Below, piece after piece: positions 34,322-45,789 of a stretch of 64,000 bases of DNA. The stretch lies in assembly GCA_000004985.1 (NCBI GenBank), contig GG738867.1; one strand, given 5' to 3'. Origin of the DNA: Naegleria gruberi. Lineage: Eukaryota. How positions within the stretch are numbered: position 1 is the first letter of the stretch; each line of letters begins with the position of its first letter. A program made the position numbers and the translations under genes. The notes below the pieces were generated by a model. The model worked only from the letters and a program-made list of their open reading frames with translations. It was not told the origin of the DNA and did not search any database.

Positions 34322-35738
34322 TTACAAAATTGTACAGACTCCCTTATCACAATCTGCGTTCTTCGTGAAATTAGGACAACTCTTCAAATAATTTGGAACG
34401 TTGAGAGGCAGATCGTTGTGAAGAGCTACTTTAGGATTAGTTTCGAATAATTTGTTAATCTTGTGGAATTTCATATTCTTCTTCATATTTGCAAACTTGT
34501 TAGCATCTGAAATGAGTTGATCGAATAAAAAGACACAACAAACAGCAACTCTCACATATTTTTCATTCTTTTCTTCCTTTTCATGTCTATTATTACATTC
34601 ATTTGCCAAATATGAAAGAACTTTTTCATATCCATCAGCATCTTCAGTGAAAGATGTTTTCAAAGCCTTATTAATATTATGTGGATTGACAAGGAAGTGA
34701 CGTAATGTTTCATCTTCACTCATATTGTAATCTTTTTTAACGTGTTGAATGGCTCTACGATACATGGCAAAATCGTTATTTAAACCTGCTTGCCAAGTTT
34801 TCAAATAATCCAAAATAATAACAACATCAAGAACATCAATCAAAGCCTTTGCTTCATCAGCACTTGGTGAAGCATTATCTTTGCAAAATCCCTTCACAAA
34901 GGCAACAACATGTTCTCTCATGACATCATTGAATTGGAACAAATCTCTCATAATTTGAATGTTTGGACCCAAAATAGTCAAGTTTTGTTTGTATAATTCC
35001 TTCTTGTTATCAGCATCACCTCTAACTTGGATAAGTTTACCTATTGCTGTCTTGTAAGTAAATATTGTTTGGATTTGTCTTTTACCTTCCTCAATGATTC
35101 TTTCCTGTGTTATTATTGTTGTTGTGTTGTGTTGTTATTTGTTCATCATTAGAATGATTTGTTATTGTTGTTGTTATTATTATTATTATTGTTATTATTA
35201 TAATTGTTATTGGTATTGTGTTCAATATTTGTTGTAAAATATGCGTATAGTATCGTATCACATTGGAATATATGTAACAATAGTGTTGAACCAATTTGTT
35301 AAAACACAAAATTAGTAGAAAAAGTGTTTTTGTTGTTCAGTATAAAATTAGTGTTGCGAGAGTTTAGTATAATATTATTAGAAAGGAAACAAGATAATCA
35401 TTGGCAACACATTCGCAAATAATTATCAATGATCACAAGTGATAGTTTCCAATAGAAATATATAATAAAATATTCGCATCATCACAAGTGATTAGTAATT
35501 TCAACCAATTAGAATTATATAAAGCAATATATCATAAAAAACAAATTGTTGTTCATCATTTGTGTAAATTTAAATTTTACAAATTGTGTAAAACCAACAG
35601 TTATCCTTTCCAATGTCATCAAATAAAATCACTTACCAGAGCACGAGTTCCTTTCAGATCTGTCATATCACTTTTAAAAGTCTTTCCCAATTGACTGGTT
35701 TCTTCAGCATCAATATCAATCATGTCAGACATGTTTAA
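34322..35738 (-). CDS. CYRI/FAM49 (CYFIP-related Rac1 interactor, DUF1394) homolog, 2 exons separated by an unusually long intron of about 540 bp
   Basis: Exon 1 is 35639-35738: MSDMIDIDAEETSQLGKTFKSDMTDLKGTRAL|gtaagt. Exon 2 is 34322 to about 35100. LDYLKTWQAGLNNDFAMYRRAIQHV aligns with FAM49B [25 protein letters not shown] and CYFIP [25 protein letters not shown]. The C-terminal region RVAVCCVFLFDQL is comparable to FAM49B CLRVMVGVIILYDHV. Confidence 0.65.
35106..35220. repeat. TTG/TTA-type microsatellite / low-complexity tract within the CYRI intron
   Basis: Reads tgttattattgttgttgtgttgtgttgttatttg...gttgttgttattattattattattgttattattataattgttattggtattg. Confidence 0.8.
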
Positions 35739-36037
35739 TGGAGGTAGAGTGGTGAGAGTGGATTGAATATTTTTTAACGTTGTTTTTGGATGTCTTTGAT
35801 GGTATTGTTGATGGGTGGTAATTTCAGCGTCGCTTCAATTCTTCTTCAGCCGTTGCAATGAGTTTTCTCTGTGTTTGCTTTTATGACAGTTTATTATGTT
35901 GTTTGGTCGTTTCCCGTCATTGTATCACCTTTCGCTAGTGTTGCAACAGAGCACTGGGAACTGTGAAGATTGGTTCAAAATTTCAACTCGATGGTTTATT
36001 GAGGACGAAGAGTCTTTTTGAAGGAGATGATCAGCAG

Positions 36038-39000
36038 TTACTTTTTCTTTTTGCTTGCAAGAGAGGGATAGTAATTTGATCTCTTGAGTGTATTACTTGG
36101 ATTAATAGTTTGAGTGAACATAGAGCTTGGTACAGAGCTACTACTAGAAGCAATATTGGATGTTGTTTGGGGAATGCTTTGGGAAATTGGTTCTAGATCA
36201 GTAGAGGAAGGTTGTGAAATTGGAGGAGCATTATTTACAAGCAAACTATTTAGATATTGTACCCATGATTTTGTATTATTTGCTTGTTGTGCTAGTCTTA
36301 ATTGTGGATTGCTCGTTTTCTTAATAACTAAAGTATGAGGGGAACCAACTCTTACTGTGCTTAGAGATAGATATTTTGAAAGAGGATGTAAATTGGATTC
36401 AACATGATTTCTTGTTCCTAAAGCCTCCTTCACTTCACAAACTTGCTCAGTACTATTTTGAAGGAATAAATTAACTCTTAGACAATGGGGACAATTAATA
36501 GTACAATTAAATGTTGGAAGGCGCCAATTGGTTGCATTTGCTTCCTGTTGTTTTCTGAGTGTTGGGCCTAAAAATCCAATACTACAATGAATTAAAACTG
36601 AAAATGCTGGATAAGTGTTGAAAACAGATTTGCCATAAGAATTTTCAATAAATTTGATGAGTGGAAGAAGAATTTTGCAAACTCCACTTAGGTCTGTAAT
36701 TTTTGATATAATTGTTGCGGTAACATTTGATAGGTCATCTGGTATTCCATTTTTACAAATTGTAGAAATAATTTCTTTGCAATTTTCCAGATCAATGTTA
36801 CATGTATTGGTAATAAATTGCTGAACAATATTACCTCTAATATATGAAGAAATGAAATTTGCGCCAGGGTTAGTAGTCAAACTTGTGCAATAGTTCAATA
36901 AAGTTAGAGCTTGACTATAGTTAGATGAAACAATGTCTCTTAATATTGGTTCCATGCAAGTTTGAATACTTTCATTATAAAATGTATTGAGGTAGCCAAT
37001 TACAGAAGGATAATTTTTGATGAATATCTCCTTGTTACTAAACAATATTAATAAGGCAACCATCAATCCTGGGAATGGTTCTAAGTATTTCAAAATAATT
37101 GTCACCTCATTGGGATCTGCTACTTTACAACGTTCAGCCATATATGCTGTAGTGTTGGGAGTAAATGGAATTGCAAACTCACTCATGCAACTCAGTATCT
37201 TTTGAATAAAGTCTGCATGATTTACACCTTGTTTGGTCCGTAAATAACCAAATACTTGAAAGCATAGCTCCGATATTAAGCAAGGATCATTTTGAGATTG
37301 AATAGTTTGGAAAGCATTTTCAGCAATTGATTTGTTGTTAAGGTTCAGTATGGTATATTTGAAAAATTCTTTTTTAAGGTGTTGTAAACCAAAGTTTGTT
37401 ATTAAGAATTGCCAAGATGTGTAAGAAATGTTTTTAGTAGCAATCAATACAGCCAATTTGACATCTTTGACTTTTTCAATAGTGTTCATTAGCATCTTTT
37501 CTGATAGTGAATAGGTGCTTATTAGGTCAGTAATTCTTTTGATGTTCAAAATGCTAGGAGATTGCACCTGTTTGTCAACTATCATATTGAAATATCTTAT
37601 TTTGCAGGTTTCATCCAAGTTATCCAATAATGAGCCGAATGTTCGTTTTGGTATAATTACCAAACACGCAGAAGTGTAAAATTTGCTAGCACTGACACCA
37701 GCATTTCCTGTATGCTCAACCTAGAGAATATTATTTAGAATTTGATTTAAAATAGAGTACTTACAGTTGATCTTTGATGGGGTATTTCTAGTAAAGAAGT
37801 TAAGGGAATAATTGAAGATATATCAACACGATTTAAGCGTGAAGAGAAATCACCATTTCTATCTTTGAGATTTTTCACAAAATAATCAATTTCCTTTTCT
37901 TCCATGTCATCAGAATCTACATCCTCATCATTTTCCTCATCACTGTCATCATATCTATGATAACCTCTGTAAGAATAACCATGATGATAGCCTGAATAGC
38001 TATTTAAATCTCCAGACACTTCTTTCATTAGTTGACCAATACAAAGATAAAATTCATCCCGGTTTCTATTAAAATTTTCAAGCCATTTGTAAACTCTAGC
38101 ATCAGCACCTTTTAAATTACCCACACTTATTCCATCTTTGGTGTATTTATGCTCCAAAATATGAATGATATATTTTCCTTCCCAACTAGTTAGGGTATCA
38201 TTCATATAGTCAATAACATTTTGATTTGAATCTGCACTTGGTGTTAAATGTGATGGTCCCTCGAAAAATATGTTATAAACCAGTGCTAATCTGTATCCGC
38301 TTGTTACTCTGTTAACTTTGTGTTCACAATCACAATAGAATGAAACAAATGATGTTGCATAACTAGATTTAGAGGAATAGTCATACACCACTTCCTTAGA
38401 GTTGTGTTTGACAGTTAGTTCACCTCCAGTATAAATTGATGGGAGATGCACAACTAGTGTGGCAAACATATTTTCCTCCTTTTCTGAATCTCTATGAAAT
38501 TGAAAGTGTCCATCTTCTTCATAGAGCAATAATTTGTACAAGTTAAATCCAATCTCCTTATCTCCAACACCCAATCCTTTTTTAATTTGATTTCCAACCA
38601 ATTCATCTATCATATCTTCCCAGTTTGGATTGAGTATTGCAAATTGATTTGGCTCTAATTGCCAGGTTTTTCTAACTTTTTCATCCACAATTGTTTCCTC
38701 TCCTCTGCCATAAGGTGCTTTTGCTGCAAGTTGAATTATATCATCTGCTTGTTGTTTTGTGACAAGTGGGAGTGAAACATACTTTCTTTCCACACTATTA
38801 TTTTCTGAATTGGGCACAAGTAATTGCAATCCAACAGCAGGATAAGTATCAAATTCTCCTCCCACAGAAAAACTTCCACCTGCAGTAACAGTTGGTATTA
38901 ATTCCTCTATTAATTTGTGCATTCTCCTAGTTGTATATGATGGATGATAGTCTTCTTCTTCATCAGATTCGAGTATAAAATCTTCATCGGATTCTTCCTC

Positions 39001-39453
39001 ATTTTCCTCATCTTCCTCATTTTCAGTTGTTTTGTCATTTTGGTTAATTTCTTCCTCTTCTTCCTCGTCATCACTCGAATCAATAGAAACACATTCTATA
39101 TTATTATTTACATTTTCATTATTATTTAGATTAATTGAACTTTCTGATTCCTCTGTAATATCAATAACGTTATTTCCTTCTCTTGTTTCTGTGGTTTGTT
39201 CCGAAGTCGTTTTGGCATTCTTATTTTCCTTGTCATCTCGATTTTCTTCTTCGGTATCATCCAATGCAATACTATCACCTGATTCCGATATTACATCTTC
39301 AAATGTGGGAGAACTTGTTCGATCATCTTGAATAATTTGTGGTGGTGATGAATTCAAATCCACATCACAATCTTCATCTTCTTGTTCATTTGATTCAAAA
39401 TCAATCGATTCCTCATTTATTATTTCTTGTGGTTGTTGTGTTTCATTTTGCAT
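36038..39453 (-). CDS. large 2OG-Fe(II) oxygenase (P4Hc-like) domain protein with acidic N-terminus and an about 540-aa C-terminal domain of unknown function, 2 exons
   Basis: ORF 37747-39453 carries the oxygenase triad: FQFHRDSEK (HxD), FVSFYCDCEHKV (second His) and RVTSGYRLALVYNIFF (Arg). A donor ACT|gtaagtac at the end of this ORF and acceptor ctctag|GTTGAGCAT join it in frame to ORF 36038-37663. Reading VEHTGNAGVSASKFYTSACLVIIPKRTFGSL continues into MVIIPKRTFGSL. Intron is 37701-37746. Confidence 0.6.
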
Positions 39454-39722
39454 TTTTGTTTTGAATTTTCTTTAAAATATAAACAAACAATAATTGAATT
39501 TAAATTATTGAGGGAAGAAAGCTACATTACTAAGCTGTGGTCTTGCAACAAAACTCCGTATGATCAATAGCGCATTAAGCGCATTATCAATGCCTCTATT
39601 TACAAACCAATAGGAGTAGTACCCCTCCGTTGCGTGTCCCTCAGATGAAACATCAGTTCAAAGTAAGATGTTGTTTGATGTTGAGCGGACAATATTATCA
39701 AACAATAAAGAAAAAAAACACA

Positions 39723-41656
39723 ATGATTAATCAAGTTAGAAGATCAAGAGTCGTTAGCTTGTCCAACAACATTAATAAGTACCAACAATTGGTGTTTGAT
39801 CGTGAAACAGTTCATCGCATGTTCACTAATCAAATAGGAAACAAGGTTTTACATCAACAAGCACAGGATGCTTCTTCTACTAATGCTGCTGGACAAGATA
39901 TTTCCAAGTGTCCATATCATCAACAACCACAGCAACCACCACAAGTCATTAAATCATTTGATGAAATTCCTGGACCAAAGGGTTTGCCACTTGTTGGTAA
40001 TTTGTTCCACATCATGAAAGGAGTCAAGAAGAACGCCTCTCCTTACTTTGCCTCATTATGTGAAGAGTATGGAGAAATTGTTAAACTTGATGTGGTGGGA
40101 AAGAAAATGCTATTCTTAGGTAATCCAACTGATATGGAATATCTTTACAAGCATGAAGAAAGAAGAAATGTTGTTGATCCATCTAGAAAGTTTAAACTTG
40201 AAAGAGGGTTACCATTAACTCCAATTGAAATGTATTTGCATGAACCATGGAATGAAACACGTCAACTTTATAATATTGCAATGAAACCAGACTTCCAAAC
40301 TCAAGTTACTTTGCCACAATTAACTGAAATTAATGGTGAATATATTAGAAGAATTATCAAATATTTGGAAGAAACTGATAATCCAGAAAAGTTTAGATTA
40401 GTTGATGGTGTCGGTGCTGTTTCAAGATATGGATTTGATGCAGTGTTGAAAGTTTTTCTAGGTGCTAAACTCACAGACGATGTAACTAAAACTTTCCCAT
40501 TCGATGTTGCTGATTTCGTTAAAGTTTCCACTGAATTCCTCGATGATCCCCTTAGACTCATTTCAAAACCATCTCTCTACAAGTATTTCAAAACAGCCGA
40601 GTACAAGCAAATGGAACAAGCTATGGAAAAGTCTTTATCTTATGCCAATTATGTTATGGATAGATTTAAGAATAATCCAAGTGATAAGCCAAGATTTTAT
40701 GAAACTTTAATGGAACGTTCTAAGGACGAACCAAATCAAATTGCCCTCGTTCAATCTGTAATGATTACGTTCTTACAAGCAGCCATTGATATTACTATGA
40801 GGTAGTGTATAATTAATTTGTCAATTTCTCAAATATTTTACTCTATTTCTAAAATGCTTTTTCTCAATACATATAGAATGTTAGTGAGTAAGTTTCATTT
40901 AAATTTCATGTGTTTGAGTCATACTTAATAATACAGTGATCATGTACAGATTGGCTCACTCTGCAGAATATCAGGAAAAGGTTTATCAAGAATTGTTAGA
41001 AGTTTTTGGTGAACCAACTTTGGAAGAAGTCACCTCTGAAAATGGATTGCACATCACTGCCGAGCAGTATAAGAAATTGAAACTCACCAAACAATTTGTT
41101 GAGGAAGTGTTGCGTGTTAATCCATTTGCCTTCATTGGAGGTGGTAGAATTTTGAGTGATGATATGATTATTCGTGGTTACAAAATTCCAAAAGACACTC
41201 AAGTTTTATGTATTCAAAGATTTGCTAATACTCGTGACGAATTTGTTCCACGTGCAAATGAATTCATTCCAGAACGTCATGAAAAGGGATCTCCTATTGG
41301 ATTGTCCAATAATTATATTAGTACACCTTTTGGTATTGGTGTAAGTTTTAAATTTCACATTATTTAATTGTTAATCATTTTAATGCTTGAATTATGAACT
41401 ATTTCACTTTCTAACATTTAAATAGGCTCGTAAATGTCCTGGAAGTAGAATTGCTCTCCACGAACTTCACATGGCCATCATTAATACAGTAAGACATTTC
41501 AAACTCGAACATAGTAATCCAGAATCATTCCCTCCAACAAGTTACGATCAGGCTCTTCTTTATATTGACTTGGAAAAGAATCCACTCTACTTTACTCCAA
41601 GAGATCATTTAAAGGAACACTTTTATTCTCTTAAACAATCAAAAAAGAATGAATAA
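39723..41656 (+). CDS. cytochrome P450, 3-4 exons
   Basis: Exon 1 runs to about 40797. Exon 2 is 40936-41340 and exon 3 is 41427-41656. Heme-binding signature FGIG|intron|ARKCPGSRIALHELHMA (FGxGxRxCxG) is split by a GTAAGT...AG intron. I-helix reads AAIDITM...IMYRLAHSAEYQEKVYQEL. PERF-like motif EFIPERH is present. Confidence 0.85.
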
Positions 41657-41808
41657 AAACTTATGGAGATACTTTCTAATAACTTTAGTTTTCAAAGTAA
41701 CAGCTATTAAAAGATCTTGTATCTTTGGTAGAGGCGAACAGGCCAACTTGGCTTTTCTGAAACTACTGTCAAACATCAGCAAACTGTCAAAAAAATAGCA
41801 AGCTTCCA

Positions 41809-42522
41809 ATGTCCACCACAACTGCCTCTGTTCAAAACAATACTAACGGACTAGATGAAGATAAGTCACCATCTTCTTCGACCAAGGTCAAACTCTTTGA
41901 TCGATTGCAAAACAAGATCTCCAATAGAAATTCAGTAACTGTCGATACAAGCAATAATTCCACACCAAAAACATCTTCTGTAAAGAGAGGACTCTCAATG
42001 ATGCTCTCTAAAAAGACCTCTAGTAACCTGCAATCGGAAATCAAGAAGGTGTCTCCAACTTCTGAAGGATTAGCAGAGTTGAAAGAATCAAGATTAACCA
42101 AAACTAGATCAGGTTAGTTTTAGCATAATCTAAATTTCTTCTGACAAGACATTCACAAAATTATAATCCAATCATCATTTCGGAATGTTCATATATTATT
42201 ATGTACAATACAGTTTCTATCATGGTTCCAAAATTTTCATTAGCAGATAAGCAAGGAATAAGGTAAGTTTGTTACATTATTGATTATGAAGGATTATTAA
42301 TATTGATCAAATGAATTGATATCAATATATTGATAGCAAGGAAGCATCTGAAAGAGCAAGATTATTCCACTCACAAATGCATCAAAGAAAACAGAAAGCA
42401 GGAACAAAGGCTTCATTTTCACATTTAATAGTTAAAAGATCAGCAGGAGGTTCTTCTTTGGCAACCAAACGATCCATCAACACTGCTGACATGCAACAAT
42501 TTGGGTCTTTTTTTACAATGTA
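41809..42522 (+). CDS. hypothetical small S/T-rich protein, about 4 exons
   Basis: Exon 1 is 41809-42114 (donor GG|gtagtttt). It is followed by short exons around 42246-42262 and a terminal exon 42337-42522, all with gtaag donors. No family assigned. Confidence 0.35.
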
Positions 42523-42687
42523 AATATACAAATCCACTTTTTAAAAGCCACAATGTCAATCCGCTATATTATCCGTGTCTTATCTGTTGTTCACTTTGAT
42601 TGTTATTAATTGGTTAATCATCATATGTAAATAATGAATTGATAATAAAAATACAAAAACTAAATTCAATTAAAAATAATTAAAAAA

Positions 42688-45600
42688 ATGAAGAGAAGCT
42701 TCGATCAAATATCACAGGAAGTTGATGCTTATGGTGATGCTGATACTCAACCAATGGATGATATGGAGGGTATTTCTCAGGGACAACAACAACAAAATTT
42801 ATCGGATCAGGGAAGGAAAAAAGAAATTGAAGAGTTGGATACTTTTATTAAACAATTAGTAAATTCAAAGAATTCAATCGAGATTAAAGCTGTTCTCCCT
42901 GTGTTGATTACTTATTTAACTCCCACATCAAATAATTTTATACCAAATGCTCTCTCCTATATTAATTCATCAAATTATTTATTAGAACATTTAGTAACAG
43001 TGTTTACTTATGTGTTAAATGAATTGAATATTGAATTAAGTTCAATTTATGATAGGGATACAATTGTATTATTTGTAAGATTTTCTACAGTGATGGTTTG
43101 CTCGAATATTTCCAATAATGATGTTGTAAAATTCATGTCAAGAATTAATTATTGGTCAAACTTGGTAAGTGTTGGGATTGGATTTATACTAAAATTATTT
43201 AGTTATCATATGATTCTCACAAAATTAAAAAACAAATATTTAATGGACTAGTTGACATTTCAAAGAGGAGTGAGAGTTTAGCTACTTTAATCTTTGAAAA
43301 AATGTCACAACATGCCTATATGTTATCTGATTGGGATCAAGGTATCAGAAGATCCTATTTGAAGCTATTATCTGTATCATGTCCTTTCGATAATGATTAT
43401 TTGGAGGATGAAAAAATTTCCAAAGTATTGAAAATGATAAGAACAGCATTCACTGATAGAGATTCAAGAGTTAGAACTGTAAGTGGTTAAATAATATGAT
43501 AAATTAATTCTAAATTTTAATAGCAAGCTGTAGAGTCACTAGTATTGCTTAGTAAGAGAGGATTGAAACTTTCATTTGATTTATATCCTGAAGCTGTTAG
43601 TTCATTACATGATGATGTGGAGGAGGTAAGAGAGCAAGGACTAGAACTTGTAACATTAATTGCACAATTATATCCAAATAGAGTAGTTTCTCACTCCGGT
43701 ACTCAATTGTCTCTTGTGGAAGATGCTTTTGGAAAAATTTGTAATGCAGTCAGAGATCATGTTGTCTCCGTTAGAACTAAGGCGTGTAAAATGCTTGGAA
43801 AGTTGAAAGGAATGAGTGAAAAACTCTTATTGGAAGGATTTGGAAAAATAGAACTCGAATATACTCCAAAATATAATAGGAGAAGACAAAGAGAGGAAGA
43901 GGATGCAAATACTAAAAAGAAAGCTCTTCAACAAAGACAATTAATTATGGAACAAACTTTCAACAGTGAAGATTTTTCCGAAGATGTGGATGGTGATATT
44001 TCAATCAAAGGAACTGAAAAGGATGCTCTTTTGTACAGTGGAGCTGTTGGTACATTCGTTTTAGCTTTAGAAGATCAATATAGAAGTGTAAGAATGGCAA
44101 TTATTGAATCGATATGTGAACTAAACAGAGAGTCAGACTTGTTTAGCAGAAAATCAGTAGATTATTTAATAGAAATGTTTAACGATGAAATTGACTCTGT
44201 AAGAATTCATGCTATCGACTCTGTAAGCAAAATTAGTGCAGCTTCTCTGAGATTTGATGAAGAACAATTACAAATCGTTCTTGCTATTTTGGAAGATTCT
44301 AACTCAGATATAAGAGCCTCCATAAGAAATTTATTGAGCGTAATTGTTTTGTCTAATGCTAGGTGCTTAAATGCAGCCATTAGGGGCTTACTAATTAACA
44401 ATTTGAAAAAGTACAGCTCTGACTTGGATCACATTTACAGGTGCTTGAGAGATATTGCTAAAAACCATTCCAAAATTACAGAATTTTTGATTGAATATAT
44501 GTTTAAGCACTATGCCTACCTAAGATCTAAGCACCCTAATTTATTTCCAAACTTAAACATCCGTACACTGAGCATGCAATCGAGTTCATTAGCTTACACA
44601 TTTGCAAATGGAAAGACAAAACAAACCAGTACTCAAAATGATCATTTAACACTTGTATTGCCATTTATTGAAACTTTTAATGAAATTAGATTTCTTTCTA
44701 TGACTAATGAAAAGGAAGATACCTTGGATGCTATGAAGAGTTTAAGAAATGAACTTCAAAAGACTGCAAAAAGTTCTGATAGAAATTTGAACGTATTCAT
44801 TCAATTTTTGAAATTATATTGTACATGTTGCTATTACTATTTATCTATTAGAAACATTTCCCAAACTGAAAAAGTTGGTCCTAAGGTATTTCAAAATATT
44901 ATTCAAACCACGTACAAGATTGAGACACTTTTTGGAAACTTGAGTGATAATCTGCTTTTACAACTGATGTGTCTCAGATTTATTGTTTATGTAAAATATT
45001 TACTCTACTCTTCTGAGAAAGGTGCTAGTTTATCTGCTGAACATGTAAATACTAGAAAGATTCGACAATTATGCCAAATGATTCAAGATTCTTCAAATAA
45101 GTTTGGTCTTCCAATAGATGAATCTCTTTATTCAATAATATTACACTTCCTCTCTAATGACGAAATTTCAACATCAGAATTGCAAAATAGTAATGTAAGT
45201 TTAAAATTAATTTATTTGATGAGGTAACCATTTTAGCATTTCTTTCCCAAACTTGAAGAAAGTGACATTCATAGTATGACGTACAAATCTTGTCAAATAA
45301 TCTCACCAACTCCAAATCTCGAAAAACCAATTGAATTCCAACCTTTCATATCACTCCCAATATCAGTACAGGCAAAACTTAGAGATTTAGATGCCAATGA
45401 CAAATTATTTATTGATGTTTCCTTCTCAGATGGTACCAATAGTATTTTCCCTGTCAACAAAACAACAGAAGTTTCAAATATTGGTTCATCCAAATTCCTG
45501 TTATCTAAAGAAATTCAATTGAGAACAGAGTGGTGGAGTGAATCATGTCCAATTGAAATCTCACTAAGCACTTCCTATTCTACCCAAATCTCAGATGAGT

Positions 45601-45722
45601 ACTCCCTTCTTGTCAATGAACATTCAACAAGTGAGCAAACAACAATGTCAACTTGTTTGGTACCTATTGGAAAACCCATTCAACTTTTAATCCATCCTTC
45701 ACTACATACTAAAGTAAAGTGA
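42688..45722 (+). CDS. Integrator complex subunit 4 (INTS4)-like HEAT-repeat protein, about 5 exons
   Basis: Exons are about 42688-43167, 43203-43480, 43525-45227 and 45260-45722. HEAT-type DxxxxVRxxA repeats: FTDRDSRVRT, EDAFGKICNAVRDHVVSVRTKACKMLGKL (human INTS4 DDAFGKICHMVSDGSWVVRVQAAKLLGSM), DEIDSVRIHAIDSV, and NSDIRASIRNLL. Confidence 0.65.
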
Positions 45723-45789
45723 TTTCATGTTTTTTACAACAATTTCATAACTGTTGTGGCGTTTTTTTACCCGGTCGGTATAGAACTCG

